Positions 1 to 8,030 of a DNA stretch of 32,000 bases are shown in pieces. This stretch comes from Candidatus Omnitrophota bacterium (GTDB taxonomy: Bacteria; Omnitrophota; Gorgyraeia; Zapsychrales; JANLHA01): assembly GCA_963662715.1 (NCBI GenBank), contig OY759724.1:1770001-1802000 (forward strand), read 5' to 3'. Under the pieces are notes generated by a model. It did not search any database, was not told the DNA's origin, and was given only the letters and a program-made list of their open reading frames with translations. The translations under genes were made by a program, and so were the position numbers. The first letter of the stretch is position 1; each line of letters opens with the position of its first letter.

Positions 1-1
1 G

Positions 2-217
2 CTCATTCATTGCGAACAGGGCGCTGACCGGACAGGAATGATTGCCGCCATGTACCGTGTTCTTGTTCAAGGATGGTCACAGGAGGAAGCTTTGGAAGAA
101 ATGAAGTGGGGCGGTTTTGGAGCGCATAAAATATGGATACACTTGCCCCCTTGGATTAAGAATTTGGATATCGATGAATTAAAAGAAGAAATTCAAGAAG
201 AAATCAAAGATGATTAA
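2..217 (+). CDS. C-terminal fragment of a Cys-based (CX5R) protein phosphatase, tyrosine/dual-specificity-like; the 5' end lies outside the window
   Basis: Frame 2 is open from the window edge to TAA at 215-217. It reads LIHCEQGADRTGMIAAMYRV..., and the HCxxGxxR(T) P-loop signature sits at the very start. Confidence 0.6.
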   Translation, partial: LIHCEQGADRTGMIAAMYRVLVQGWSQEEALEEMKWGGFGAHKIWIHLPPWIKNLDIDELKEEIQEEIKDD

Positions 218-308
218 CAGCTGACAAATCCCTGCCGCGGGTCAGCCTGCACCGCCGACGCCACCGTTGGCAGCCTCGAGGCCCGCGGAGGTCCTTGCGT
301 TAGGAGAG

Positions 309-725
309 ATGATGAAAAGAATTTTTATATTAATATTATTCATTGCGACTTCATGGATTGTCCCGGCGCAGGGAAGTGTCTTCCCGGGAATAAAAGAAGA
401 AGATGCTGCGAAATTGGCAGAAGGCCTGTCGGAAATTTCGAATGATGCAACGTACGGATTTGACTCTTCCAATCCCATTCAAGTGGGAGGAGGCCCTTCT
501 AATGAAAGAAAATATTTGATGATGATATGTGGCCCTGAAGGGCAAGACTTGAGCTTCTCGAGAATTGGCAGTTTTGGCGGCTTTGAAGTTATTGTCGATG
601 GGTATATGGTTTCCTATGACGGGATCGAGGAGCCGGTTATTCTTTATGTTGATATGTATAATTACGTTAATCCCAAAGCGCCAAAAGGTTTCCGTATCAA
701 GGATAAATATAAAAAAGTAAAATAA
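309..725 (+). CDS. exported hypothetical protein
   Basis: AGGAGA lies just upstream of tandem ATGs at 309 and 312. The N-terminus MMKRIFILILFIATSWIVPAQG looks like a signal peptide. The longer ORF from 267 has no SD. No family recognised. Confidence 0.6.
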   Translation: MMKRIFILILFIATSWIVPAQGSVFPGIKEEDAAKLAEGLSEISNDATYGFDSSNPIQVGGGPSNERKYLMMICGPEGQDLSFSRIGSFGGFEVIVDGYMVSYDGIEEPVILYVDMYNYVNPKAPKGFRIKDKYKKVK

Positions 726-818
726 TGACTCCTAAGGAGGCGCTTTGTCGTCCCCGCCTCGCCACAGTGCGGTTTCGGCAGGGGCCGATGAGGACATCTG
801 TTTTAACTTCGAGGCTTT

Positions 819-2078
819 ATGAAGATTCCCGGAAAAAAGTTTCTTTTTGACATTCTTACCTTTTGTCTGGTTATAACACTGCTTGAATTGTTTCTTACCA
901 TAGTGTGTTTCTTCTCCCCCATGGTCAACGTGCTTTTAACCATGGATTCCATCTCGCCCAGCGTCCCGGATGAACGCCTCGGGCATCGTCCTAATCCTGC
1001 CCTGCCGGGGCACGACGATAAAGGATTCCGCAACGCCTCAGTGCCGGACGAGGCTAAAATAGTAGCCCTGGGGGATTCGCAGACTTATGGCGACGGTGTC
1101 TTTTGGCAGGATGCCTGGCCCAGCAAGCTGGAAGAATTATCCGGAGACACAGTCTACAGCATGGCCTTCGGGGGCTATGGGCCCGCCCACAGTCTTATCC
1201 TGTGGGAAGAGGCGGCCCTTTTCAACCCGCGGATATATATAGAGGCCTTCTACTCCGGCAATGATTTGTTTGATTCCTTTAACTTGGTTTACAATTTAGG
1301 ACAGCTGCCAGAGTTGAAGACAGCAAATAAAGAAATAGAGTTAGAGATAAGAGAGATGGAAAAGGCGGAATCCGTCGCGCAACATGTTTCGAACCTGTAT
1401 AAAATGGGGAAAAATAAAAAAGGAACCCTGGGGTATTATTTATCCCTGGGCGATGATTTTTTTTCGTCCCATTCGAATATATACGTATTGCTGCGCCGGG
1501 CTAAGCGCGAATTGTTCCGGCTTATTGAATCGGGGAAGACTGAATCGGATTGGGGTAAGGCAAGGACATTTGCCGAAGAGAATTCCGATTACTGTCAGGC
1601 TTTTGAGGACGGGCCGTTTAAGACAATCTTTACACCGGACTACCGGCTTACGGCCCTCGACTTAGAAGACAGGCGGATTGCCGAAGGGTATCGTATTTCC
1701 CTTGAGGCTATAAAGCGTATGAACGAACTTGCTTTGCAGCAGGAAAGACAGTTTTTGGTCGTTCTCATCCCCACGAAAGAATTGGTTTTTAAAGAGCTTA
1801 TACGGAATCCTTCTGAAAAACACCTCGCCCTGATCAGGAATGAGGAGCTGTTATGGAAAAAGGCGAAGGAGTTTTTCCGGGCGCATGACATTGATTTCGT
1901 GGACGGGTTGGCGGCCTTCCGGGAGATGCTCAGCCAGGGCATTCAACCCTACCTGGTGTCGCATGACGGACATCCCAACGAATACGGTCATTACGCTATT
2001 GCGGGATTGATTTATACAAAGCTGCTAAAAAACCGCGGAGATGGCGAGGCTGGCATCCGCGGGTTTCAAGATGAGTGA
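819..2078 (+). CDS. membrane-anchored SGNH/GDSL-family hydrolase (esterase/acyltransferase-like)
   Basis: 419-aa ORF with an N-terminal TM segment (FLFDILTFCLVITLLELFLTIVCFF). SGNH-like blocks are present: ALGDSQTYG (block I GDS), GGYGP (II), YSGNDLFD (III GxND) and HDGHPNEYGH (V-like). Confidence 0.7.
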   Translation: MKIPGKKFLFDILTFCLVITLLELFLTIVCFFSPMVNVLLTMDSISPSVPDERLGHRPNPALPGHDDKGFRNASVPDEAKIVALGDSQTYGDGVFWQDAWPSKLEELSGDTVYSMAFGGYGPAHSLILWEEAALFNPRIYIEAFYSGNDLFDSFNLVYNLGQLPELKTANKEIELEIREMEKAESVAQHVSNLYKMGKNKKGTLGYYLSLGDDFFSSHSNIYVLLRRAKRELFRLIESGKTESDWGKARTFAEENSDYCQAFEDGPFKTIFTPDYRLTALDLEDRRIAEGYRISLEAIKRMNELALQQERQFLVVLIPTKELVFKELIRNPSEKHLALIRNEELLWKKAKEFFRAHDIDFVDGLAAFREMLSQGIQPYLVSHDGHPNEYGHYAIAGLIYTKLLKNRGDGEAGIRGFQDE

Positions 2079-2229
2079 AGGGGATAAAATGAGTTTGGAG
2101 CAAGAGGTGTCTTGGGCAAAGACTGACCGGAGATATCTTTGGGTGGCGGTGATATCCGGAAATTTTCCGTCGTTTGCGGCGGAAGATGCAACGCCGGCGG
2201 ATGTGTCTGTTCTAAAAGCCTAAAAAAGC

Positions 2230-2625
2230 ATGATTTTAACCCGCTGTCTCATATTGCTGCTTATCCTTTCCGGGGGCATGAAATCCGCCAGCGCAAAAGA
2301 AGCCGTCTCCTGTCATAAAGATTATCTCAGGAAAATCACTTTTGATATTAACAAAATCAACGATGACGGTTTGACCGGGCCGCCGGAGGGGTTGGTCTCC
2401 GTAGACTATGAGTTTTGCATACCTGCCGGCAAAGATTATGCTGAAGAAGTCAAGAGGATTGACCCCAGTGCCGTCATCCATGAAAGTTCTTCGGGCAGGA
2501 TAGGCTGCTCCCCGGAAGAATATCTCTGTATCGGAAACACGCACCAAAAAGACTTTAGAGCGGTTTTATGCCGGTTGGCCGGCTTGACGTATGTCCGGCG
2601 CATTGATATGTGCTTCTGGGAATAA
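2230..2625 (+). CDS. exported cysteine-containing hypothetical protein
   Basis: 131-aa ORF with the signal peptide MILTRCLILLLILSGGMKSASA/KE. The mature part contains several Cys residues. No family recognised. Confidence 0.55.
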   Translation: MILTRCLILLLILSGGMKSASAKEAVSCHKDYLRKITFDINKINDDGLTGPPEGLVSVDYEFCIPAGKDYAEEVKRIDPSAVIHESSSGRIGCSPEEYLCIGNTHQKDFRAVLCRLAGLTYVRRIDMCFWE

Positions 2626-2752
2626 GCTTGCCAATCCGTGAGGACGGGCTTTTCGTCGTTCTTATCCTCCCTCTGTGCCCCTTCGGAGCGCTATTTCGTT
2701 TTTAAAAACAAGAATACATTAAGAAATGTCAGTTTTTGGGCGAGTCTGGCCA

Positions 2753-2781
2753 TTGACAGTTCTTTAAGAGAAGACAATAAT
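2753..2781 (+). promoter_or_regulatory. candidate sigma70-type promoter for the HExxH/gasdermin-like gene pair
   Basis: TTGACA (2753-2758), a 17-nt spacer, then AATAAT (2776-2781). It lies about 85 nt upstream of the ATG at 2864, in a 240-nt intergenic gap. Confidence 0.4.
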
Positions 2782-2863
2782 AGCCGTAATGTGCTTTCCC
2801 CGAAACTGAAACCGCCTTTTAATGAATTCTAATGATTTGAAACGTTTCAAGGGAGGAGTATTT

Positions 2864-3904
2864 ATGAATTCATTTGGAAAGATATTTGAAACTTATGAAG
2901 TCCCGGAAAATGTGGGAGGATATCTGGAATGGGTTTCAGGTATTCTTTATATCAATGCATCAAAACAGCAGTGGAAAGAATACCTGAACGTCCAGGCGGG
3001 TGAGACACGTTCAGCCTCTCAACGTGAGTTGTGTCAAACCGTCACCCATGAAACCTATCATTTCCTGCAGATCGCCATGACCGGCTATCTTTACAGGTTT
3101 GCGTGCAGGCTTTTTACAGGTTTCCGGTCACTTTTGTCCCCGCTATTGAGCAGTTCAAAAATAGAGCAGCTGCTCTGCGATCCGCCGCCGCTTCCGCAGA
3201 ATCTTATCGAACTGGTGAGAGCTTTGGACAGCCCTGGCCCGGAGGGGCTGACTGTCCGCGATATCGTGGAATCCTCGGCCTACCTGTACGAACACTTAAT
3301 GCATTATCCGGATATGAACAAATCCTTTTATGACGAAATTTTAGCTTCGTCTCATATCGGCCCGGAGTATAAAAAGGCATATTCTATGGCGGAGGATATC
3401 CTTGGCCCGCATGTCATGGACACATTTCTGACGGCATCTTTTATTTCTCTTTGTTTTGAGCAACCTGCCGGATGTTTTTTAGATGTCCTGAAGGCGATAT
3501 CTGAAGCGGGGCCCGAAGAATTGGCATCAGGCTGTGATTTCAGCCGGATATTTTCGATCACACAGGAAGTCTCCCAAAGGCATAAGCCTTTAGGGCCGTC
3601 CGAAGAAGTCGCGGCAGGGGGGATGTCTCATCCTGTCTATACGCTGTCTTTGGAACTTATGAACGAGTCTTTGGGTCGGGAGCAGGCCATCCTGATGTTG
3701 CTTGCCCCCCGGAGCATGAACTTGTACGGTGCCGTTCTGGCCGTGCGGCCGGCCTTGTTTAAAGACCCCGCCCTTTGGGTCCCTGAAAATTTCAGGCAGA
3801 AAATGCCGGAACAGGATGATGCTAAACTTTTTATTGTCGCTCTTCTGGGGGCTTTTGCCCTCACCCTGCTTAACAAAGGGCAGGACCTTTCAAGATATAG
3901 ATAA
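2864..3904 (+). CDS. uncharacterised HExxH-motif protein (putative zinc metallopeptidase), gasdermin-associated
   Basis: GGGAGGAG SD lies 7 nt before the ATG at 2864; the ORF-track start at 2822 has no SD. A single HETYH motif is encoded at 3047-3061 (H62-H66 of the 346-aa product). There is no signal peptide. A hydrophobic stretch LFIVALLGAFALTLL sits near the C-terminus. No family recognised beyond the motif. Confidence 0.55.
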   Translation: MNSFGKIFETYEVPENVGGYLEWVSGILYINASKQQWKEYLNVQAGETRSASQRELCQTVTHETYHFLQIAMTGYLYRFACRLFTGFRSLLSPLLSSSKIEQLLCDPPPLPQNLIELVRALDSPGPEGLTVRDIVESSAYLYEHLMHYPDMNKSFYDEILASSHIGPEYKKAYSMAEDILGPHVMDTFLTASFISLCFEQPAGCFLDVLKAISEAGPEELASGCDFSRIFSITQEVSQRHKPLGPSEEVAAGGMSHPVYTLSLELMNESLGREQAILMLLAPRSMNLYGAVLAVRPALFKDPALWVPENFRQKMPEQDDAKLFIVALLGAFALTLLNKGQDLSRYR

Positions 3905-3993
3905 ACCGGGCACGAAGAAGTCTGCCCCGCCAGACCGGGGGCTGGCATGAAAAATTTTAACGTTGATGACAAATAAAAACAAAGGAGGGGGAT

Positions 3994-4833
3994 ATGTCAT
4001 TTTTAGGTCTTTGTGATGGGGATCCTTTAGTCACGGTTCTGAAGGATTTGTTCGGCTCAAATATCGTCAAGGTCCCGGAAGAACGCATCAAACCTTTGTG
4101 CGTGGTTGCCAGTTCCGGCCGCCGGACAGCTTTCCGCGGAAAGTTATCCCCTTTGTTGGTCGGTAATCCGGAGTTGAATATTCAGATAAGTTCATCCAGA
4201 ATGGCGGATTTGTCCGGTAAAAGTTCAAGGAAAGTCAACCTTGCTTTAGGGCTGGAAATACTTGAGGGTTTTTTAAAAGGCTTTGGAATCCCGTCTGCCG
4301 GAATAAATTTAAAACTTCAAGGGGCTGAAAAAGTTTCGTTCCATTTTAAGAATGTTGTAAGAGATTTCCTTGATGTCAATGTCCTGGGAAAAATGTTGAG
4401 CGAGCAAATAGTTGATGAAGACAGTCCTGCGGCAAGTATATTTTTCGGAGAAACGGCTTATGCCTTTTTGGTCATTGATTCTGTGATAACCAGCAGTGAT
4501 TTTGCGATAAACCTTGAAAAGGGGCATGATCATAGTTTTAAATTAGATGTCCCGGCCATTCAGACTCTGGTTGCGCAAGCCAATGCCGGGATGGAGGTCA
4601 ACACGACTACGGGCTATGACTTGATATTTAAAGGTCCGGAACAGCTGGCTTTTGCTTTTTCTTGCGTTAAATTGTATTTAGATCAGGCTGGGAGAATTAC
4701 CTCCATGCCGCCGGCCGGTGAGATCCCGACCTTAAGGGTTTATTTCGGGAGAACCAAAGAACATAAAATTGATTATTCTCCGGATAGGGTTCTGTTGAAC
4801 CCTGAGCCAGCCATGCTTGCCTGGGATGAATAA
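3994..4833 (+). CDS. bacterial gasdermin-like (bGSDM) pore-forming protein candidate
   Basis: AAGGAGGGGG SD lies 5 nt before the ATG. The product is 279 aa with no signal peptide or TM helix. The N-terminal ...NIVKVPEERIKPLCVV... segment matches the (V/L)P..I.PL signature I associate with bGSDMs. The central part reads GLEILEGFLKGFG...VSFHFKNVVRDFLD, followed by beta-strand-like alternating segments and a roughly 35-aa C-terminal tail. This is by-eye recognition only; no alignment was run. Confidence 0.55.
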   Translation: MSFLGLCDGDPLVTVLKDLFGSNIVKVPEERIKPLCVVASSGRRTAFRGKLSPLLVGNPELNIQISSSRMADLSGKSSRKVNLALGLEILEGFLKGFGIPSAGINLKLQGAEKVSFHFKNVVRDFLDVNVLGKMLSEQIVDEDSPAASIFFGETAYAFLVIDSVITSSDFAINLEKGHDHSFKLDVPAIQTLVAQANAGMEVNTTTGYDLIFKGPEQLAFAFSCVKLYLDQAGRITSMPPAGEIPTLRVYFGRTKEHKIDYSPDRVLLNPEPAMLAWDE

Positions 4834-4859
4834 ACCCTGTCGGGCATTTTAGCCTTTGT

Positions 4860-4891
4860 CCGGGATATAAGGTCTCCCCGGGATATCCCGG
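4860..4891. promoter_or_regulatory. perfect 14-bp palindrome CCGGGATATCCCGG (4878-4891), with an extra CCGGGATAT half-site at 4860-4868
   Basis: Read directly from the sequence. It lies about 30-60 nt downstream of the gasdermin-like stop codon. Confidence 0.4.
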
Positions 4892-5178
4892 AAACCAGGC
4901 AGACAGCCGTTGGGATCTTCAGGTTCTGCGCGGGTTTTCCGTTATTTTTATGGCCTGAAACATTTTGTCGGCAGCGGAAGGCCCTTATCCGCAGCAAGCC
5001 CTCCGACATTGAATCTTAAATTTACCTCTTACCAGAAGACCTTGTGCAGGGGGAGTTCCCTGAGTTTTTAACGCCCCGGAATATCCTCCGGGGAATAGTG
5101 TTTGTTATTGGTCGGCTTTCTGGTATATTAATTCTGTCTGTTATAAAAAAGGAAAATAAGAAACAAAAGGAGGAAATT

Positions 5179-5586
5179 GTGCCTCTATTAATATGGCAGG
5201 AAGATTTTAGTGTTGATGTTAAGGAGATTGATGAACAGCATAAAAAATGGGTGGGATTTATCAATAGATTATACGATGCCATGATGGAAAAGAAGGCGAA
5301 TAATATTCTGGGAGATCTTTTGAATGATTTTCTTGATTATTCAGGCACGCATTTTAAAACCGAAGAGAATTATTTCGATCAGTTTGGATACGCAGAGGCC
5401 GCCGAACACAAAGAGGCCCACGCCGCCTTTACCCGGAAGGTCCTTGGTTATAAACAGGAAGTCAAGGATAAGAATGTGTTTATTTCCATTGAAGTTTTGA
5501 ATTTTATCAAAGAATGGCTCGTAAAGCATATTTGTCACACGGATCGGAAATATGCCGAATGTTTTCACGAGCATGGTTTGAGATAG
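5179..5586 (+). CDS. bacteriohemerythrin (hemerythrin-like metal-binding protein)
   Basis: AAGGAGG lies 5 nt before the GTG at 5179. The product is 135 aa with hemerythrin ligand motifs: IDEQHKKW, GTHFKTEENYF, AEHKEAHAAF and WLVKHICHTDRKY. Confidence 0.8.
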   Translation: MPLLIWQEDFSVDVKEIDEQHKKWVGFINRLYDAMMEKKANNILGDLLNDFLDYSGTHFKTEENYFDQFGYAEAAEHKEAHAAFTRKVLGYKQEVKDKNVFISIEVLNFIKEWLVKHICHTDRKYAECFHEHGLR

Positions 5587-5688
5587 GTCTTTTAGCACTT
5601 TGCCCTGCGAATCCGGAATCGCGTACGGACTTGACAGCTTTAGCCGTTTTGTGTTTTACCGCCGCCGGGATGGCTTCGGGGAGGAAAG

Positions 5689-5931
5689 ATGAAAAGGATA
5701 TCCATAGATACTTTTGATAAGCTCAGTTTGTTGTTGATCGGATTTGTGTTTGGGTTCAGTTTCGGAGTGGCATTATCTGAATGGCATTGGTTCCCTGTTG
5801 AGGATGAATGGACCCGCATGGCCAATATCCCCCAGACGAAATTGAATTATGTGGCCCTGCTTTCTCCCGGGGTTGCGCTGTTGATGCTTTTATGGCTGCG
5901 CAGAAGATTTTTTGGGGGGAGGCCCATCTGA
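5689..5931 (+). CDS. small two-TM membrane protein, hypothetical
   Basis: GGGGAGGA SD precedes the ATG. The product is 80 aa with two hydrophobic helices (LSLLLIGFVFGFSFGVAL and YVALLSPGVALLMLLWL). Confidence 0.5.
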   Translation: MKRISIDTFDKLSLLLIGFVFGFSFGVALSEWHWFPVEDEWTRMANIPQTKLNYVALLSPGVALLMLLWLRRRFFGGRPI

Positions 5932-6055
5932 TTTCCTGATGCTCCGTCAGGGAAAGCGGAACATGCCCCGCGCGCGAAAGGGCTGGTAAACAGCAAGGGG
6001 GAGGCCAGGATGTCCGGTTATGGATAATTTAAATGATTAAGAAGGGAGTTTTTTT

Positions 6056-6631
6056 ATGCGACATGGTGTCAAAATTCAAGTTGTTTTATTTTCCTTGATC
6101 CTCGGGGCCATGGCTGTTTTTCCGCTGTCTGCCGTGTCTCAGGATAATGAGAAATCTTTGAAGATCAGCGGATTTACTAATAAGAACATTGTTGAAAATG
6201 GTCAACCGAACGGCCCGTTAACCATGGTTTTTGAAAGCCATTCCGGTTCTGCGTTCATTGCCCAAAAAGACATTGCCGCGAGTGCGGAAGGGCAGCCGAT
6301 GTCAGGGACGGTCGCCATCGCTGAACCCGATAAAGAGTCGCAGGAAATTGTTGTCCTTGATCTGGATGCCGGGAAACTGTCCGGGACGAAATACGCTGAT
6401 GTCAAACTGGTCATTCAATCGGACGGCCGAAACGGCAGACCGCTCGTTGGAGAAGGAGCCACCTATATTATAAAAATAAACAAAGAGAAAGTCCGTCTGG
6501 GCGACTACTTTCTGAGTTCGTCAGGGGCAGAACAATGGGTGCGGGTCAAAATGCGCGGCCCGTCCGCACCCCCGGAGGTTGATTCTGATCAGGTCACCGT
6601 AACAAAGCGGGAAGAAACAGAGAATCTCTAA
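6056..6631 (+). CDS. exported hypothetical protein
   Basis: GAAGGGAG SD. The signal peptide reads MRHGVKIQVVLFSLILGAMAVFPLSAVSQ. 191 aa, no family recognised. Confidence 0.6.
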   Translation: MRHGVKIQVVLFSLILGAMAVFPLSAVSQDNEKSLKISGFTNKNIVENGQPNGPLTMVFESHSGSAFIAQKDIAASAEGQPMSGTVAIAEPDKESQEIVVLDLDAGKLSGTKYADVKLVIQSDGRNGRPLVGEGATYIIKINKEKVRLGDYFLSSSGAEQWVRVKMRGPSAPPEVDSDQVTVTKREETENL

Positions 6632-6718
6632 ATAATGCAGGAAAAACAGAAACGATAAATAATGGAGAAGCGGCAGTTGATCCGGGGTCCCGGATGCCGC
6701 TTTTACAAGGAGACTGTT

Positions 6719-7081
6719 ATGGCCAAATTCATTGAGACTCCTTCGGAAATAAAAGCCTGCGGAAACAAAGAAAAAGTCATTAAAGAGTTTATCGGGAACG
6801 TTAACAGCGGGACAGCAACAATAAGTATCGCTAAAATGGACAGCCCCCAGGGGTGGGAAGAGCCGGGGCAGACACCCCAATTCGATGAATATGCAGTTGT
6901 ATTAAAGGGGGTTTTAAAGGCGGAAACGCAAAAGGAATCATTTGACATTAAAGCCGGACAGGCGTTTATTGCAGAAAAAAATGAATGGGTCAGGTACAGC
7001 ACTCCTTATGAAGGAGGGGCGGAATATCTTGCCGTTTGTCTTCCTGCCTTTAGTCCCGGACTGGTTAGTCGAGATAGATGA
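6719..7081 (+). CDS. cupin-fold domain protein
   Basis: AAGGAG lies 7 nt before the ATG at 6719. The sequence MAKFIETPSEIKACGNKEKVIKEFIG...EPGQTPQFDEYAVVLKGVLKAE...WVRYSTPYEGGAEYLAVCLPAFSP matches, from memory, a widespread small cupin-domain family. Confidence 0.6.
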   Translation: MAKFIETPSEIKACGNKEKVIKEFIGNVNSGTATISIAKMDSPQGWEEPGQTPQFDEYAVVLKGVLKAETQKESFDIKAGQAFIAEKNEWVRYSTPYEGGAEYLAVCLPAFSPGLVSRDR

Positions 7082-7197
7082 TAGAAATATCCTGAGGGCC
7101 GGGAAATTTTGATATATAAATAAATTCTGCGCTAATTTGCGCTTTTAACAGCGCAGGGCTGATGCGTTTTTGTGTCAGAATAACGAAGGAGAATTTT

Positions 7198-7890
7198 ATG
7201 AAAAAACAAACGACGCTGATATTGAGTTTGCTGGCGGTCATCTGTTTATTAAACCCGGCCTTTGCGCAAGACCCGGAACAGCCTTTACGGGAAGACGGGG
7301 TTTGCTTGGCCCGGATATTGAAGAGTCCCGGAGCAGTGCTTGTCCGGGAATCCCATGAATTGGACAGGATCGTTCCTGTTAATGGGGAAACTATTAAATC
7401 GGAAATTTTGATCGTCAGGCGTCTCTTGGATCCGTCAACCGAAAACGAGGATTGTTGTGCCGGTCTTGTCTTTGAAATAGAGGAAAAACACCAGATACGC
7501 AGAATTTCTTTGGAAGGGGATGAAATAAATGCCTTTTTGGCGGCATTGGCTCTGTTGGAAAAGGAGGGTGAGAAAATTATGACGTCTCCCAAGCTCACTC
7601 TCCCGGAAGAATTGTCCCATGATATGGAAGTCCATTTTTTAACCAGAGAGGGGCTGATGCTGGGGGTATTTGCGAGCGGAGACTCATGGAAATATGCCGT
7701 AAAGACGTCCGCGGTTTCTGATTGGTCTTTTTTAAATAAAACGGCCATGAAAACTCTTGTTGAAAATTTGAAAGTGGCCAAACAGGTCATAGAGGCCTTG
7801 GGCCCCAAAGATGCCGGTGAGGCTGCCGTCGGGCAACAGGAGCCGGCGCCGGCAGACAGTGGCGGTCTGCCCGAGACAGGGGAAGAATAG
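7198..7890 (+). CDS. exported hypothetical protein
   Basis: GAAGGAGA SD precedes the ATG at 7198. The signal peptide reads MKKQTTLILSLLAVICLLNPAFA/QD. The C-terminus is a low-complexity acidic/Pro tail. Confidence 0.6.
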   Translation: MKKQTTLILSLLAVICLLNPAFAQDPEQPLREDGVCLARILKSPGAVLVRESHELDRIVPVNGETIKSEILIVRRLLDPSTENEDCCAGLVFEIEEKHQIRRISLEGDEINAFLAALALLEKEGEKIMTSPKLTLPEELSHDMEVHFLTREGLMLGVFASGDSWKYAVKTSAVSDWSFLNKTAMKTLVENLKVAKQVIEALGPKDAGEAAVGQQEPAPADSGGLPETGEE

Positions 7891-7994
7891 CGGTTCGCTG
7901 GCTGTGCTTTAAAACTCCGCGCCTCATAATCATCGGAGAAAGTCCGTCCGGGCGGACTGTTCGTATAAGATATCTGTCCGTGGGTGAGGCGTAT

Positions 7995-8030
7995 ATGAAA
8001 GGATTTGCGTCGTTAAAAGAACCTTGGTGA
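7995..8030 (+). promoter_or_regulatory. candidate 11-codon leader ORF (MKGFASLKEPW) translationally coupled to the lspA paralog
   Basis: GAGG lies 5 nt upstream of the ATG at 7995. Its TGA stop (8028-8030) overlaps the TTG (8024) and GTG (8027) candidate starts of the downstream gene, which has no SD of its own. Confidence 0.3.

Noticed and set aside
2041-2223. 60-aa ORF overlapping the end of the SGNH hydrolase gene, with a possible internal start at 2089 after AAGGGG
   Set aside because: It is short, has no recognisable features and its composition is unremarkable. It cannot be supported from sequence alone and may simply be spacer.
5044-5178. N-terminal 45-aa extension of the hemerythrin ORF, including a hydrophobic stretch that could be read as a TM anchor
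   Set aside because: A strong AAGGAGG sits 5 nt before the GTG at 5179. Starting there gives a canonical 135-aa hemerythrin beginning right at the conserved W-x-x-F region. The upstream start is itself non-ATG (GTG at 5044) and has no SD.
7065-7808. 247-aa ORF on the minus strand
   Set aside because: It is fully antisense to the exported protein gene at 7198-7890, which has an SD and a signal peptide. The product is Ser-rich and low-complexity and has no SD, which is typical of a shadow ORF.
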